Positions 35,221 through 47,104 of a stretch of DNA of 64,000 nucleotides are shown here, in pieces (position 1 is the stretch's first letter; each line of letters begins with the position of its first letter). The translations under genes and the position numbers were made by a program. The notes under the pieces are model-generated. The model was not told where the DNA came from. It searched no databases and worked only from the letters and a program-made list of their open reading frames with translations. The DNA lies in NCBI RefSeq assembly GCF_006345805.1, contig NC_043003.1, positions 29,388,001 through 29,452,000 of the forward strand, given 5' to 3'. Origin of the DNA: Octopus sinensis (lineage: Eukaryota).

Positions 35221-36101
35221 AATTTAAGGATCTTTTCACTTTGACTGGCAGATTTTTTAAAAAATTTCTTTGTAACTAAACACGTTTACACTTCATATAC
35301 TGGTAGAATGTGTTACATAAAACATCTTTCTCTCTTGGCTTTCTTGAGAAAATTCTGTAGAAAAAAGATAACCTTCCCTCCACTCCTAACCCTAACCCTA
35401 ACCATAACCATAACCCTAACCCCACATATATAAAAAAATAAAAAAATTTTACGGAAAGTGGCGATCTTCAAATGTAAACAAATGCATGTGTGTGGCCATA
35501 AACTCAGGGGTCACTCGTAAACAGAGCTGGATAACAAAACCATTCCTTCTTTAGTGTCCACCCATAATTATGACTCTAGTATCAATCTATTGCATTTCAA
35601 TCTGTTTTAGGGTTAGGGTTAGGGGTGGGGGGAAGGGTATCTTTTTCTTCAGAAATGTAAATAAACCCAATCTGTTTCTTAAATGAATATATAATATGTA
35701 ATGTGTGTATCTGTGCAACAGAGAGGGAAATTAAAACTGCATATGTTGTGAACTTAGAATATGTGTTTATTAATAAAAGTTTAATAACGATAATATTTTA
35801 TTCATACAAACGTAACTGATATGAAATATGTCATAAATAACAGTGACAAACTGAGATGACACCGCATTGACAAACAACAGCAGAAATTGTATTCACCTCA
35901 ATAGACGTCATTGATTGGTTGAAATTGCTGAAATGCAAGAAATTTAACAAGAAATAGCTTACAAACTACAAAATTTTCTCAAGAAAACCAAGAGAAAAAA
36001 GTGTTTTATGTAACACACTACCAGTATACGAAGTTTAAAAGTGTTTAGTTACAAAGAAATTATTTTAAAAATCTACCGGTCAAAGTGAAAAGAACCGAAT
36101 T
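35221..36101. mobile_element. Foldback/MITE with ~140-bp TIRs enclosing an inner inverted element bearing (CCCTAA)n and (TTAGGG)n
   Basis: 35221-35360 is the reverse complement of about 35967-36101; inner arms 35365-35425 and 35606-35645. Confidence 0.8.
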
Positions 36102-36155
36102 TCATTGAGTCTGTTGCTTGCTAATTCTTTTGGAAATTATCTTTAACCATTGCAG

Positions 36156-36335
36156 AAGGAAAAAAAGACCAACAGCAGAAAGGTCTGCCAGAGTGGCTCT
36201 ATATCTCTGAGTTCTTTAAGCGACACAACTGTTTTGGAAGCACTTGTGTCAAAAAGGCTGTGGAGAATTTGCTGCAACTTGAAAAATTTTTCCTAAGTGG
36301 AGTGCCAGCACCATCAGCAACTCCTTCCTGTACAG
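36156..36335 (+). CDS. CCDC178: CCDC178-like, coding exon 3
   Basis: ccattgcag|AAGGA...TGTACAG|gtaaga; 180 nt, phase 1/1; contains FFKRHNCFGSTCVKKAVENL, like the remembered human CCDC178 RRHSC...CVNK. Confidence 0.85.
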
Positions 36336-36377
36336 GTAAGATTCTCAGGTGTTGTATGAATGTATGTGTGTGTGTGT

Positions 36378-36414
<37 letters not shown>

Positions 36415-36557
36415 ATGCCTGCATGTGTGTGTCTGTCTGTCATTATTCTGTTTTATTTCAAGATTTCTTGCCAATAGAGAAAGAGTCAGCTTCTAACCTT
36501 GATTCAAGGTTCCTTCATTGGAGTTTCAACACCAATAACATGGTATTTTTGTATGAA

Positions 36558-36789
36558 AGGTGGCGAGCTGGCCGAAGCGTTAGCACGCCAGGCGAAATGC
36601 TTAGCAGTATTTCGTCTGCCGCTACATTCTGAGTTCAAATTCCTCCGAGGTCGACTTTGCCTTTCATCCTTTTGGGGTCAATTAAATAAGTACCAGTTAT
36701 GTGCTGGGGTCGATGTAATCGACTTAATCCATTTGTTTGTCCTTGTTTGTTTTCTCTGTGTTTAGCCCCTTGTGGGTAGTAAAGAAATA
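36558..36789 (+). mobile_element. Young SINE family A with a perfect 14-bp TSD
   Basis: GGTATTTTTGTATG at 36542-36555 and 36790-36803. Confidence 0.92.
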
Positions 36790-37059
36790 GGTATTTTTGT
36801 ATGTATATATGTATGTATGTATGTATATGTGCAGTTTTCTATGTTTTGTTTTATGTATGTCTTCTTATGCATATACTTGCATACATAGACATGCTCATAT
36901 ATGTATGTGTGTGTGTGTATGTGTGCATGTGTCTGTCTGTCTTCTCTTTTTCTTTTTAATTTAGAGTAAACTTTGACTGGTCACTTACTTAGTAACAAGA
37001 TTGTGAAGGTGAATATCTTGTTTTAACTGCCATCTTTTAAATGTTGACAAGGTCTTGCA

Positions 37060-37330
37060 AGCATGCATGGCCTATTCATTAGGGTGTTATACTCACAGTC
37101 TTGAGATTGTGGTTTCCCTTCCTAGAATAGGTGGTGTGTTGTGTTCTTGAGCGAAGCATCTCATCTCACATTACTCTGTAATCACTTTGACACCTGATGT
37201 GTGATACACTGTGTGCACCTGTCCAGGCAATATTGATTTGATGGAGGGCGTGAGCTAATGTATAGCAGAAACATTTGATTATTATAAACAAACGTTTTGT
37301 GCAGTAAGAAATTGCAGAGCCATCTTTCTC
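37060..37330 (+). mobile_element. SINE family C-related, decayed
   Basis: ggcctattcattagggtg...gtgttgtgttcttgagcgaagcatctc. Confidence 0.55.
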
Positions 37331-37607
37331 AAATTATGAGAAACTACCTTCACATGGGTATATGAATGTATGTATGTATGTATGAATGTATGTATGTATA
37401 TGAATGTGTTTCTGTATTAATGTATGTATAAATATATCTATTTATTTATGTGTCTATGAATGTATTTAGATATATATATGTATCTATGCATGTGTATAAA
37501 TGTATTCTTGTGTGTGTATGGATGTGTGTATGTATATATATGTATCTGTGTGTGTGAATGTATTAGGGTATGTATGTCTTTTTTATCCTTACACCTTTTA
37601 ATTCCAG

Positions 37608-37817
37608 TGGTGCCTTGGACAAAAGCTTCCCTTGAACCTGCTGTGCAGCCAGCTGTGATTGGGGAAATACTGTTGCTACTTGCAAATCTACATTATGACT
37701 GCGTGCGAACCCATGAGAAGTTGAGACGAGAAATTGACATAACTGAATATATCACATGCCAGATTGATGAAATGGGTGAAAAGAAGCTGAAAACTATAGC
37801 TGCTGCTGTCCAAATGG
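37608..37817 (+). CDS. CCDC178: CCDC178-like, coding exon 4
   Basis: ttttaattccag|TGGTG...CAAATGG|gtaaca; 210 nt, phase 1/1; ends KKLKTIAAAVQM and splices to EH, giving AVQMEH (human AVQKEH as I recall it). Confidence 0.87.
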
Positions 37818-37901
37818 GTAACAGCTTTTGTTGTCATTAGAGAGTGTTGATGATGACAGGGATGAAGGTTATGTTTGTATGATGATGACAATTATATAGT
37901 A

Positions 37902-38467
37902 TTGGGTTGTCCGGAAAGTTTGTGTCGATTTTTAAAGGAAAGAAAAAGGTCAATAAATACTTGCCATTACATTTTTAATCAACCAAATATGAACCATTTT
38001 GTTGCACAATGCGTCTCCATCTTTCCTTTAACTTGAAAATACCCTCTTCCCAGATTTGAGGTGGTTTCATGGCAAAGAATTCATCAAGATATCTTTTTAC
38101 GTCATCCAAGGAATTGAAATTTTTACCATTAAGACTATTCAGCAGAGACCTGAATAAGTGGAAATCTGAAGGAGCAATATCTGGTGAATGTGGAGGGTGG
38201 GGTAACACATCCCAGCCGAGCTGCAGCAATTTTTGTCTGGTTCCCAAAGCATCAAGTGCCGAAAATGAACTTTCTTATCTTCCATTTTAAAGGGTTACAG
38301 AATTAACACAGGTTATAGGAACATAAACCTTCTTCCATGAAAAGATAACTTAAACTGTGCTCTAAATGGAGGTGTAGTCAAATCCTATTTTATGGACTTG
38401 ACCATGTTCTAAAATAAGTCAAAAGGTAAGCTACTATAAATTGGCACAAACTTTCTGGACAACCCAA
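37902..38467 (-). mobile_element. Internally deleted mariner (566 bp)
   Basis: TIRs TTGGGTTGTCCGGAAAGTTTGTG and CACAAACTTTCTGGACAACCCAA; TA at both flanks; ORF 37975-38247 has PHPPHSPDIAPSDFHLF. Confidence 0.93.
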
Positions 38468-38489
38468 TAGAAGTGTTTTGTTTTCTTAT

Positions 38490-38827
38490 ACTTCATTACT
38501 CTTGTCTTGTCCAGTCAATGATTGTTATGTTACAGCATTTCTATTTCACACTTCTGTATTACATTGCATGTGTTACACTGCTCCTAAGTTACACTACTTC
38601 TATGCTACTCTTCATCTATGCTACACTAGTTCTATGTTACATTGCCCCTATATTATACTACTGTTACACTGTTCCTATGTCACATTACTTTGATGTTGCA
38701 CTACTTCTGTGTTGCATTGCTCCTGTTACACTGCTCTTTTGTTATACAGCTTCTATGTTACATTACTTCTCTGTTACATTCATTCTATATTACATTACTT
38801 CCATGTTACATTACTTCTGTTATTTTA
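38490..38827. repeat. Degenerate 16-bp minisatellite (TTCTATGTTACATTAC), left part
   Basis: Units visible, e.g. 38750-38815; the array resumes at 40098-40235. Confidence 0.75.
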
Positions 38828-40095
38828 CAAGAGTGGGCTGAAAAGTTTATAGGCCAACTATGAAGGAGTGATGCTAGAGCTGTGAAATCTTGCATACATT
38901 AATTTCAACACTTATTAATTACTGCATTGTTTCTTTCCAAATAAATTCACGTCTGACTGTTCAAAGAAGACTTAAAAAGTTACTAGTAGTGACTTCTGTT
39001 GAAAATCAACAAAATTTGGCATCATGGTGTTATCAAGTACCTGCAGAAAAAGATTCTAGCTCCCAAGGATGTTTATGCTGACATGGTTGCTACATTAGGG
39101 GATGATGCTCCAATTTTATCAACAGTACAGAAGTGGGCAGCTGAATTTAAGAGGGGAAGGAGAGTCTTAATGATGACCCAAGGTCTGGATGTCCTGAAAC
39201 TGCCATCACCAACAAAAACATTGATTGTGTCCACCACATGGTGATGGATGACAGGCACTTGACTATAAATCAAATAGTCAATGCTATTAACACATCCTGT
39301 GAGAGAGTTGAGAATATTCTGCACAATGAACTTGGCATGACAAAAGTTTCTGCTCAGTGGGTGCCATATCTTCTGACACCTGACCAAAACAGCACCAGGC
39401 TGATCATATCACGGGAAAATCTGACATTGTTTGAGGCGGATCCAGCTGATTTCTTTGAATATTTCATAACCAAGGATGAGTGTTGGGTTTATCAGTTTGA
39501 GCCAGAGACAAAGTGACAATTGATGCAGTGGAAATACCCCTCCTCACATACTCTAAAGAAGGCCAAGATTGTTTCATCTGCAGGAAAGATGATGCCATCA
39601 GTTTTTTGGAATGCTAAAAGCATTGCATTTATTGACTATCTTCAAATGGGCCATACCATCAATGGAGAGTACTATGCCAACCTGCTGAGGCAGTTACAAA
39701 AGGCTATCAAGACCAAATGGCCACAAAAACTGACAAAAGGAGTCATGTTTCATCAGGACAGTGTTCCAGCACACAAGTCCTTAGTTTCAATGGCTGCTGC
39801 GCATGGATTTGACTTTGAACTGGTTGATCACCATCCTGTTCTCCTGATTTGGCCATATCTAACTATCATCTGTTCCTCAACATGAAAAGCACTTGGCTTG
39901 GAACCAGTATCGCAGTGATGATGATGATGCAATATCTGCTGTTGATGACTTTTATGAGCAACAGGATGAAAGCTTCTTCATGAATGGAAGAAGTGTGTGT
40001 ACAACAAGGTGGACTATATTGAAAGCTAAACCTCACTTGGTCATATTCCGTGAGAGTATCTTTGTTGAGCCTGTGAACCTTTTAGCTAACCCTCA
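38828..40095 (+). mobile_element. Near full-length mariner (1268 bp), frameshifted
   Basis: TA-flanked decayed TIRs; frames give GVIKYLQKK...STVQKWAAEFKRGR, WVPYLL, ITKDECWV, MFHQDSVPAHKS. Confidence 0.9.
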
Positions 40096-40097
40096 TA

Positions 40098-40235
40098 CAC
40101 TACAACTATGATAATCTGTTCCTATGTTACACTACTAACATGTTACATTACTTCTGCTCTAATGTTACACTGCTTCTATGTTACACTGCTTCTGTGATAC
40201 ACTACTTCTGTGTTATGTTATTTTGATACCAGCCA
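40098..40235. repeat. 16-bp minisatellite, right part
   Basis: ttctatgttacactgc / ttctgtgatacactac units. Confidence 0.7.
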
Positions 40236-40601
40236 CTCTTTTGTGTTACATTCCCTTATTACAACGCTTGTGAAAATATCCAAATAACATCAATACAGTA
40301 AAATCACAAGATAATTCTCCCTTCCACTTTCACAAACATTCAGATTTTAGTATCAACCTGGACCCTGCCACCTTTCATCATCTTTCCTGACTTACAAACC
40401 ACAGATCCCGTTCACACATTTACCAACTAATTGACAAAAATTCGCCACAGCCACCATCACCATTGCCAACACTGCTAACACATGACCACCAGCACCAGCA
40501 CCATTAACACTATGTCACATGACCAAACCACCAACTTATGCAAAATAATAGTAGTTTACTGCCATCTTAGTTTAATATCTTTTTGTTGTTGTTGTTGTTA
40601 G

Positions 40602-40752
40602 AGCATAATAAATTCCGACAGAAGAACCTTCCATGCTTTATGAAAAATCAAAACTTGCAACGTATATATGGGAATTGCCAGAAGAAGATGAATATCGCGC
40701 AAAACTACAACAAGCTCCTTAACGAAGACATTGAATACTCTACAGCACAATT
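40602..40752 (+). CDS. CCDC178: CCDC178-like, coding exon 5
   Basis: gttgttgttag|AGCAT...CACAATT|gttagt; 151 nt, phase 1/2; EHNKF...LNEDIEYSTAQL. The spacing from EH to PL equals that in human CCDC178 as remembered. Confidence 0.82.
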
Positions 40753-40871
40753 GTTAGTGCACTTTCATGTTACCTGTTGTTGATGTTGTTGTTGTTGTTC
40801 AGCCCTTATTTCTGTTCAAGCAAGCCTATTATTAAAGATGTTCTGGCCCTGACCATACTACTTTATTTATA

Positions 40872-41030
40872 GACAGGCACATAGCCTTGTGGTTAGAGTT
40901 TTGGGGGTTCATAGTCATAAGGTTGTGGGTTTAATTCCTGGAGCAGGTGGCACTTTGTGCCATACTATGGAGTGAGACACTTCGTTTCACACTGCTTTAG
41001 GCTACTCAGGTGAAAATTAGTAGCAGCCAG
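40872..41030 (+). mobile_element. SINE family C-like, decayed
   Basis: gccttgtggttagag...gtttaattcctgg...gagacacttcgtttcacactgct. Confidence 0.5.
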
Positions 41031-41348
41031 TTGGTAGTGCAGCCTTTTCTCTCTCCATTTAACATGTCCTTGATATTTCATTGAGTCAAGGATGGTGAAG
41101 TAGAGAGGATGTCTAGGCTGTGTCTGCTTGCAGCTACATAGGCATCTAAAACAATTAGGGAAAACATATTCTACTCACTTGATGGAATTAAGAAGTAATT
41201 AATAGTTTGGTTATAATCTCACATTAACTTGCAAAATTAGATGGAAATAAAATTTTACAAAAAATTCAAATTACGATGAACGTAAACAAGCAAACGAAGT
41301 TTGCTTTCGAAGCATTGAGATGTTTTAGAAAGTTAAAGAAGTTAAAGG

Positions 41349-41700
41349 AGGCAGTGAGCTGGTAGAAACATTAGCACGCTGGGCGAAATGCTTAGCAGTA
41401 TTTCGTCAGCTGTTACATTCCAAGTTCAAATTCCACCGAGGTCGACTTTGCCTTTCATCCTTTCGGGAAGGCGGAGAGCTGGCAAAACCATTAGAACACC
41501 GTGCAAAATGCATAGCGGTATTTTGTCTGCCGTTATGTTCCGAGTTCAAATTTCCGCTGAGGTCGACTTTGCCTTTCATCCTTTCAGGGTCGATTAAATG
41601 AGTACCAGTTACACACTGGGGTCGATATAATTGACTTGATCCATTTGTCTGTCCTTGTTTGTCCCCTCTGTGTGTAGCCCCTTGTGGGCAGTAAAGAAAT
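41349..41700 (+). mobile_element. Dimeric SINE family A (head and core duplicated)
   Basis: First unit stops after ctttcatcctttcggg and a second complete unit starts at about 41468; agttaaagaag occurs at both flanks. Confidence 0.88.
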
Positions 41701-42101
41701 AAGATAGTTAAAGAAGTGATTTTAAATTCTCAAACACAAGATAATGCTAATAATATAGCCTGAACAGAATATCAGTTGTAAATTCTGTTCATCAAAGAGT
41801 AAAATAATGAAGATTACTGAATTGGTGTACTCTACCGGCCTAAGATGTCTTAGGAAACTAGAAAAAAAAAGCACTGCAGTCCTTGTTTTATAGGGTTTTA
41901 TTTATCTAGCAGTATTAATCAATCTATTTGAGTCTGGTGCATTGCTGTGGCTAATCTCATTTCTCTGTTTAAATTCCTCTAGTGAAATTTGAAAATGAAT
42001 AAATTGCCCCTTATCAAGTCTATATTTATTATTATTTCAGCTACATCTTTGTACAGTTGCAGCCACTGTACCAATAATGCAAGTGTTTGTTTATTTGACA
42101 G

Positions 42102-42171
42102 ACCATTGGTGGAAGAGAAAATGAAGTTAGAGAAAATTAATATTGACAGAATCGTTGCTGCTTTCAACGAG
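42102..42171 (+). CDS. CCDC178: CCDC178-like, coding exon 6
   Basis: ttatttgacag|ACCATTG...CAACGAG|gtaaga; 70 nt, phase 2/0; PLVEEKMKLEKINIDRIVAAFNE. Confidence 0.85.
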
Positions 42172-42223
42172 GTAAGATACATCCTATTCTCTCTCTCTCT
42201 TTCTTTCTCTCTCTCTCTTTCTT

Positions 42224-42255
<32 letters not shown>

Positions 42256-42305
42256 ACATACACACACATGCACATACACATTCACATGTGTGTGTACATT
42301 TACTG

Positions 42306-42357
<52 letters not shown>

Positions 42358-42372
42358 CGTTGTTGTTGTTAT

Positions 42373-42795
42373 TGAAGCTCCAGCGTTTGGCGATGGACTT
42401 GGTAAACACCCACAAAGTTATCAACCACCTCACCAACAACAACACTGAACACCTTTTTGATCTCCATGTGTCCAACATATGTGGACATGCCTACAAAGTC
42501 AGAAAACAGCACAGCTCTCATGACTTTCAGAAACATTTTTTCATGCTCAGAATTGCTGAAGCATGGAACAAACTGCCTGTGTCAGTTGTTGACTGCCATG
42601 ACACTGCATCCTTTAAGGCCCTCATGCTTTCCGAAATCCGCCGAAACTACACCTGATTGTCCCCCTTCCATACTCATACACATATGTGTATGTCATGACT
42701 CATGCACTGTTCTTTTCCTGACGCTTGTACATTACCCTATGTACTATACATACACTTTAGATGAGTTGTAGTGCACCTGAGCACTGTACACAATG

Positions 42796-42800
<5 letters not shown>
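42373..42800 (+). mobile_element. CR1 LINE 3' end (ORF2 tail and UTR, (ATT)n tail)
   Basis: LQRLAMDL...CGHAYKVRKQHS...KHFFMLRIAEAWNKLP...ASFK*. Confidence 0.85.
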
Positions 42801-42826
<26 letters not shown>

Positions 42827-42936
42827 GTTGTTGTTGTTATTATTCTTTCATAACACAGTGTAGGTAAAATGCACCAGAGTCTTTAGTTATTTGTCAAGTC
42901 ACAACAAGGACCTCAGACAGATAATACTTTCCTTAA

Positions 42937-44055
42937 CCCTTTCGTTACCAAACTGCCCAAAGCCGCCCGAAAAAAATTTTGGTTAATGTGACCAAACCGC
43001 CCAAAGCCGCCCGTATTTACCTATTCATATTTAAATGAGAATATCAGAGCAAATCTCTTTAGTACATTTGTGAAAACATGTGATTATACTTCGTAAACAG
43101 TTCATCTACAGTTTTGTACAACGATCGACATGTAATTTCAATTCCCTGAATTTTGGGAGATTTTTTTCCACATTTTTTTCGGCATCGATTTTTCTTCAAC
43201 TTTGAAAATGGATAGGAGTTTCATGTTATCAAGCATTGATTCCGAATTGGAAAATTTGTGAAGCAAATATTGGGTACTGTTGTGGATTTAGTTTTTATAC
43301 AGGGAAACTAATGTTAGTCAGCATGGCTTCGGGTATGATGTGGTCTGGAAGTTATTGTTTGAAGCGATCAATGCGGAAACAAACTTACACAGAATGTAAA
43401 CAAACACAAAATGGGGGTTCAAATTTCGGAAAATTTGTGAAGCAAATACTGGGTACTGCGTGGATTTAGTTTTTATACAGGGAAAATAATGTTAGTCAGC
43501 ATGGCCTAGGGAACGATGTGGTCTGCAATTTATCACTTCCATACCATAACCAGGGCCGTATATTATTTTTTGACCGATTTCTTTAGTTCGGTCAAACTTG
43601 CGGTGGATTCCAGTATTTCAGTTTATTCCACCTTTATGGTACACCTGTTGTGCATTAAATTCAACTGATGATATAGTGATGTGCACAATTCTTCTTTATC
43701 AAAATTTTGTTGCATACCCATTTGAATATTAGCTGATGATTCATTTTCTATGGTGATGTTTAAACAAAATTTTAATATTTTTACCTTTTGCTCAATTTAA
43801 AATTTTAATATTTTTAGCTTTTGCTCAATTTACCTGGATTTACCTGTAATTAAAGTCACTTTGAGACAAAAGTTATGCAATAGAATTGATTAAGAACCCT
43901 TTCTTTAATTATGTTCCAAATATCACATTAATATATGTTGATAAGTAAAAAAGTTACAGTTATTTAATGAAACAAGCCTAGATTCATGATTATTTTAGAA
44001 TTTAATTGAAACTCATGAGGGGTGTATTTTGGTCAGAAATATAGTAACGAAAGGG
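42937..44055. mobile_element. Non-autonomous piggyBac-type element (1119 bp)
   Basis: TTAA|CCCTTTCGTTAC ... GTAACGAAAGGG|TTAA; internal direct repeat at about 43250-43350 and 43430-43520; no transposase. Confidence 0.9.
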
Positions 44056-44074
44056 TTAAGATTTGCGCTGTGCC

Positions 44075-44305
44075 CAATAAGGCTGCTTTTTGCAAAACAT
44101 CAATCTTGCATGGGATTTCAATTGCCTTAAGAAGTCTTGAGTTTCAATGCGATTGAGCCTAAAGCTCCGATCACCACTGGTATCACTTTTACGTTACTCT
44201 TTCACTTTCCATACAGTCTTGCCATTTCTACTTTCAATTCGGAGTACTTGGGGATTTTTTTAACCTCTTTACTCACAACATTCATGTCATTTGGTATGGC
44301 TACAA
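44075..44305 (-). mobile_element. Decayed R4/Dong endonuclease C-terminus
   Basis: Minus translation VAIPNDMNVVSKEVKKIPKYSEL...KVIPVVIGALGSI. Confidence 0.75.
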
Positions 44306-44340
44306 TAATAATAATGGATGTAGCCATTATTATTATTACT

Positions 44341-44905
44341 GAGTGAGAGAGCAGTGCATGTCATCAAAGTGACACTGGGGTAAAATATGCAAAGCCCAGT
44401 ATACCTATCATGACTACCCATCTGAGAAGGGTACACTAAGCACATACATCAGAACCATGTGTGCGTGACATGGTGATCTCATAGCAAGATAAACTGCACA
44501 TGACCTTGCAGTAGGGGACCCAGTTAGAATTTTCTTCTGATCGAGTAACCCATTCCGCTCAAAAGGTCCCTGAATAAGGGTTGTTTAAGGATGTTGAACG
44601 AAACACCCATATTTCCAGAGGTGAATTATTCAAACCCCAAAGAATCCCTCTCAACACATGGCTATGATGCTCCCCCACTACTTCTGCTCATGATCAGAGA
44701 TGCACTGCACATATCATCAGCCACTAAGGGACATGCTCAGCTGGTTAAGGTCAAACAACTGACATGCAAATCTGTGGTATTGAGCAGAATATTTGCTGTA
44801 GCCCATCTTTTATACCAAGCCAAAACAAAGTACATGATAACACTTCCAATCAGTTAAGATCAGAAGCCACGAAAGCCACTGCTTGGTACTGCATCAGGGC
44901 ATTTA
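44341..44905. mobile_element. ~555-bp (ATT)n-embedded element, copy 3
   Basis: Same ends and orientation as copies 1 and 2. Confidence 0.9.
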
Positions 44906-44954
44906 TTACTGCCGCCGCCGCCGCCACCACCACCACCATCATCATCATCATCAA

Positions 44955-45425
44955 GACAGCGAGCTGGCAGAATCATTAGCATACTGGATGAAATGCTTAG
45001 TAGTATTTCGCCCATCACTACATTCTGAGTTCAAATTCTGCCGAGGTTGACTTTGCCTTTCATCCTTTTGGGGTCAATAAAATTAGTACCAGTTAAGTGC
45101 TAGGTTCGATGTAATCGACTAGCTTCCTTCCTCCAAAATTTTCAAAGCTTTGTGCCTTGAGTAAAAATTATAATAATTATTTTCATTAAGGTGGCAAGCT
45201 GGCAGAATCGTTAGCAGGCTGGGCAAAATGCTTAGCGGTATTTCGTCTGCTACATTCTAAGTATTTCGTCTGCTACATTCTAAGTTCAAATTCTTCTGAG
45301 GCCGACTTAGCTTTTCATCCTTTCGTAATCAATAAATTAAGTATCAGTGAAACACTGGGGATGATGTAATCAACTAGTCTCCTCTGCTCAAATTTCAGGC
45401 TTTGTGCCTTTAGCAGAAAAGATTA
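44955..45425 (+). mobile_element. Two SINE family A copies followed by (ATT)n
   Basis: Heads at 44955 and 45188; the second has an internal 25-bp duplication (gtatttcgtctgctacattctaa). Confidence 0.85.
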
Positions 45426-45451
45426 TTATTATTATTATTATTATTATATTA

Positions 45452-45487
<36 letters not shown>

Positions 45488-45536
45488 CATCATCATCATT
45501 ATTATTATTATTATTATTAATATTATTATTATTATT

Positions 45537-46921
45537 CTATGTTTGACTTTTGCTTTATGCCTGTAAAAGTTGGCTCCAAGTCTCACCCAGAGACCTCAAG
45601 AGACAACAGGTTGGAAGTTCACGTTGTTGTTATGCCTAGTGTGCCATATATTTGGTTTTTTTTTTTTTTTGGTGTTGTATAAAATTTAAAAAAAAAAAAA
45701 GTTTGTTTTAAACCTTGGGATTACATAGAGAATATTTTGCGTAGGATATGAGCAGTTCCCATGAACACTATCTTTTGAATTTCTGCCATTTTGGGGTTTC
45801 CTGGTATCTGAGTTAGGTAGCGATCAGCTCCTTTCGCTATCATTTCCAGGGCACCTATGACAACAGGTATTGTTTTAGTCTTCAGGTTCCACATTTTGCT
45901 GATTTCTATTTCAAGATCTTTATATTTGCTCAGTTTTTGGTAGGTCTTCACAGATACGTTTATATCGATTGGGACAGTCATATCAATGAGGAGGCATGTT
46001 CTTTGTCTGAAGTCTTTCAATATGATGTCTGGCCTATTTGCATCTATCTTTCTGTCAGTTTGAATGGTGAAGTTCCAGAGGAGTGAGATGTGTTCATTTT
46101 CAAGCACTGGAGGTGGATTGTGTTCCCACCAGTTTTTTTCATGGGGCAAATCCAGGTTTTTGTAAATTACCCAGTGAATATATTGTGCAGCTCTATCATG
46201 CCTGTTGTGGTACTCTGTAGGCGCTAGAAGACTGCATTTGGAGACAACATGATCAATGGTTTCATTTTGTTGTCAGCATACACATGTTGGGCTACTGCCG
46301 TTCTTTAATATGTTGGCCTGGTAGTTTCTTGTTGGTAGGCATTGATCTTGAGCTGCTATGATAAACCCTTCTGTTTCAGACTTTAAGCCAGAGGCCATTA
46401 GCCATTGATGGGTCAGGACTTTGTCAATACCTGCATTATTCGCTCTCTTTGGGTATTTGCCATAGAGAGGTTTTTCTTGCCATTTATTATTCAGAATATC
46501 TAAGGCCGCAGTTTTGGCACGGGTTTTCATGCGCCTAGCTTTTTCTGTGCTTGTTTCTTGTATGTCTATCTCTAATTCCGAAATTTGTTCTATTCGGAAT
46601 TCACTTAGATATTCCTTTGCCTGTTTTGTTACTGAGTATGATGCTTTCTTGTTTTCATGTTTTGAGACTAGTTTTAACATCCAGTCCTCAGACTTTTTCA
46701 GGTAGGTGTCTAGGCCAATTGTAGCAATCTTCCTTGTTATTGCCAGTTGCAAAAGACCACGGCCTCCCTCTTTTCTTGGCAGATAAAGTCGTTCTGTATC
46801 TGCCTTAGGGTGGTGCATTCTATGCATTGTCAACAGTTTTCTTATTTTTCTGTCGAGCTGACATATTTCAGTAATTGACCAGTTAACGATATTGAAACTG
46901 TAAGTCACGACTGGTATGGCT
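45537..46921 (-). mobile_element. 5'-truncated R4/Dong LINE in (ATT)n
   Basis: AIPVVTYSF...RMHHPKAD.ERLYLPRKEGGRGL, SETEGFIIAAQDQ, RPDIIL...DMTVP; both ends abut ATT arrays. Confidence 0.92.
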
Positions 46922-46948
46922 ATTATTATTATTATTATTATTATTATT

Positions 46949-46986
<38 letters not shown>

Positions 46987-47012
46987 TATTATTATGATTA
47001 TTATTATTATTA

Positions 47013-47103
<91 letters not shown>

Positions 47104-47104
47104 T

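Noticed and set aside
35385-35632. Telomere or chromosome-end healing site
   Set aside because: Only a few units, in inverted arms of a transposon, within an intron.
40610-40722. Alternative protein-like frame (EEPSMLYEKSKLATYIWELPEEDEYRAKLQQAP)
   Set aside because: Ends in TAA and is incompatible with the flanking exon phases.
42041-42101. Upstream acceptor ttatttcag extending the 42102 exon
   Set aside because: Requires phase 1, but the preceding exon ends in phase 2.
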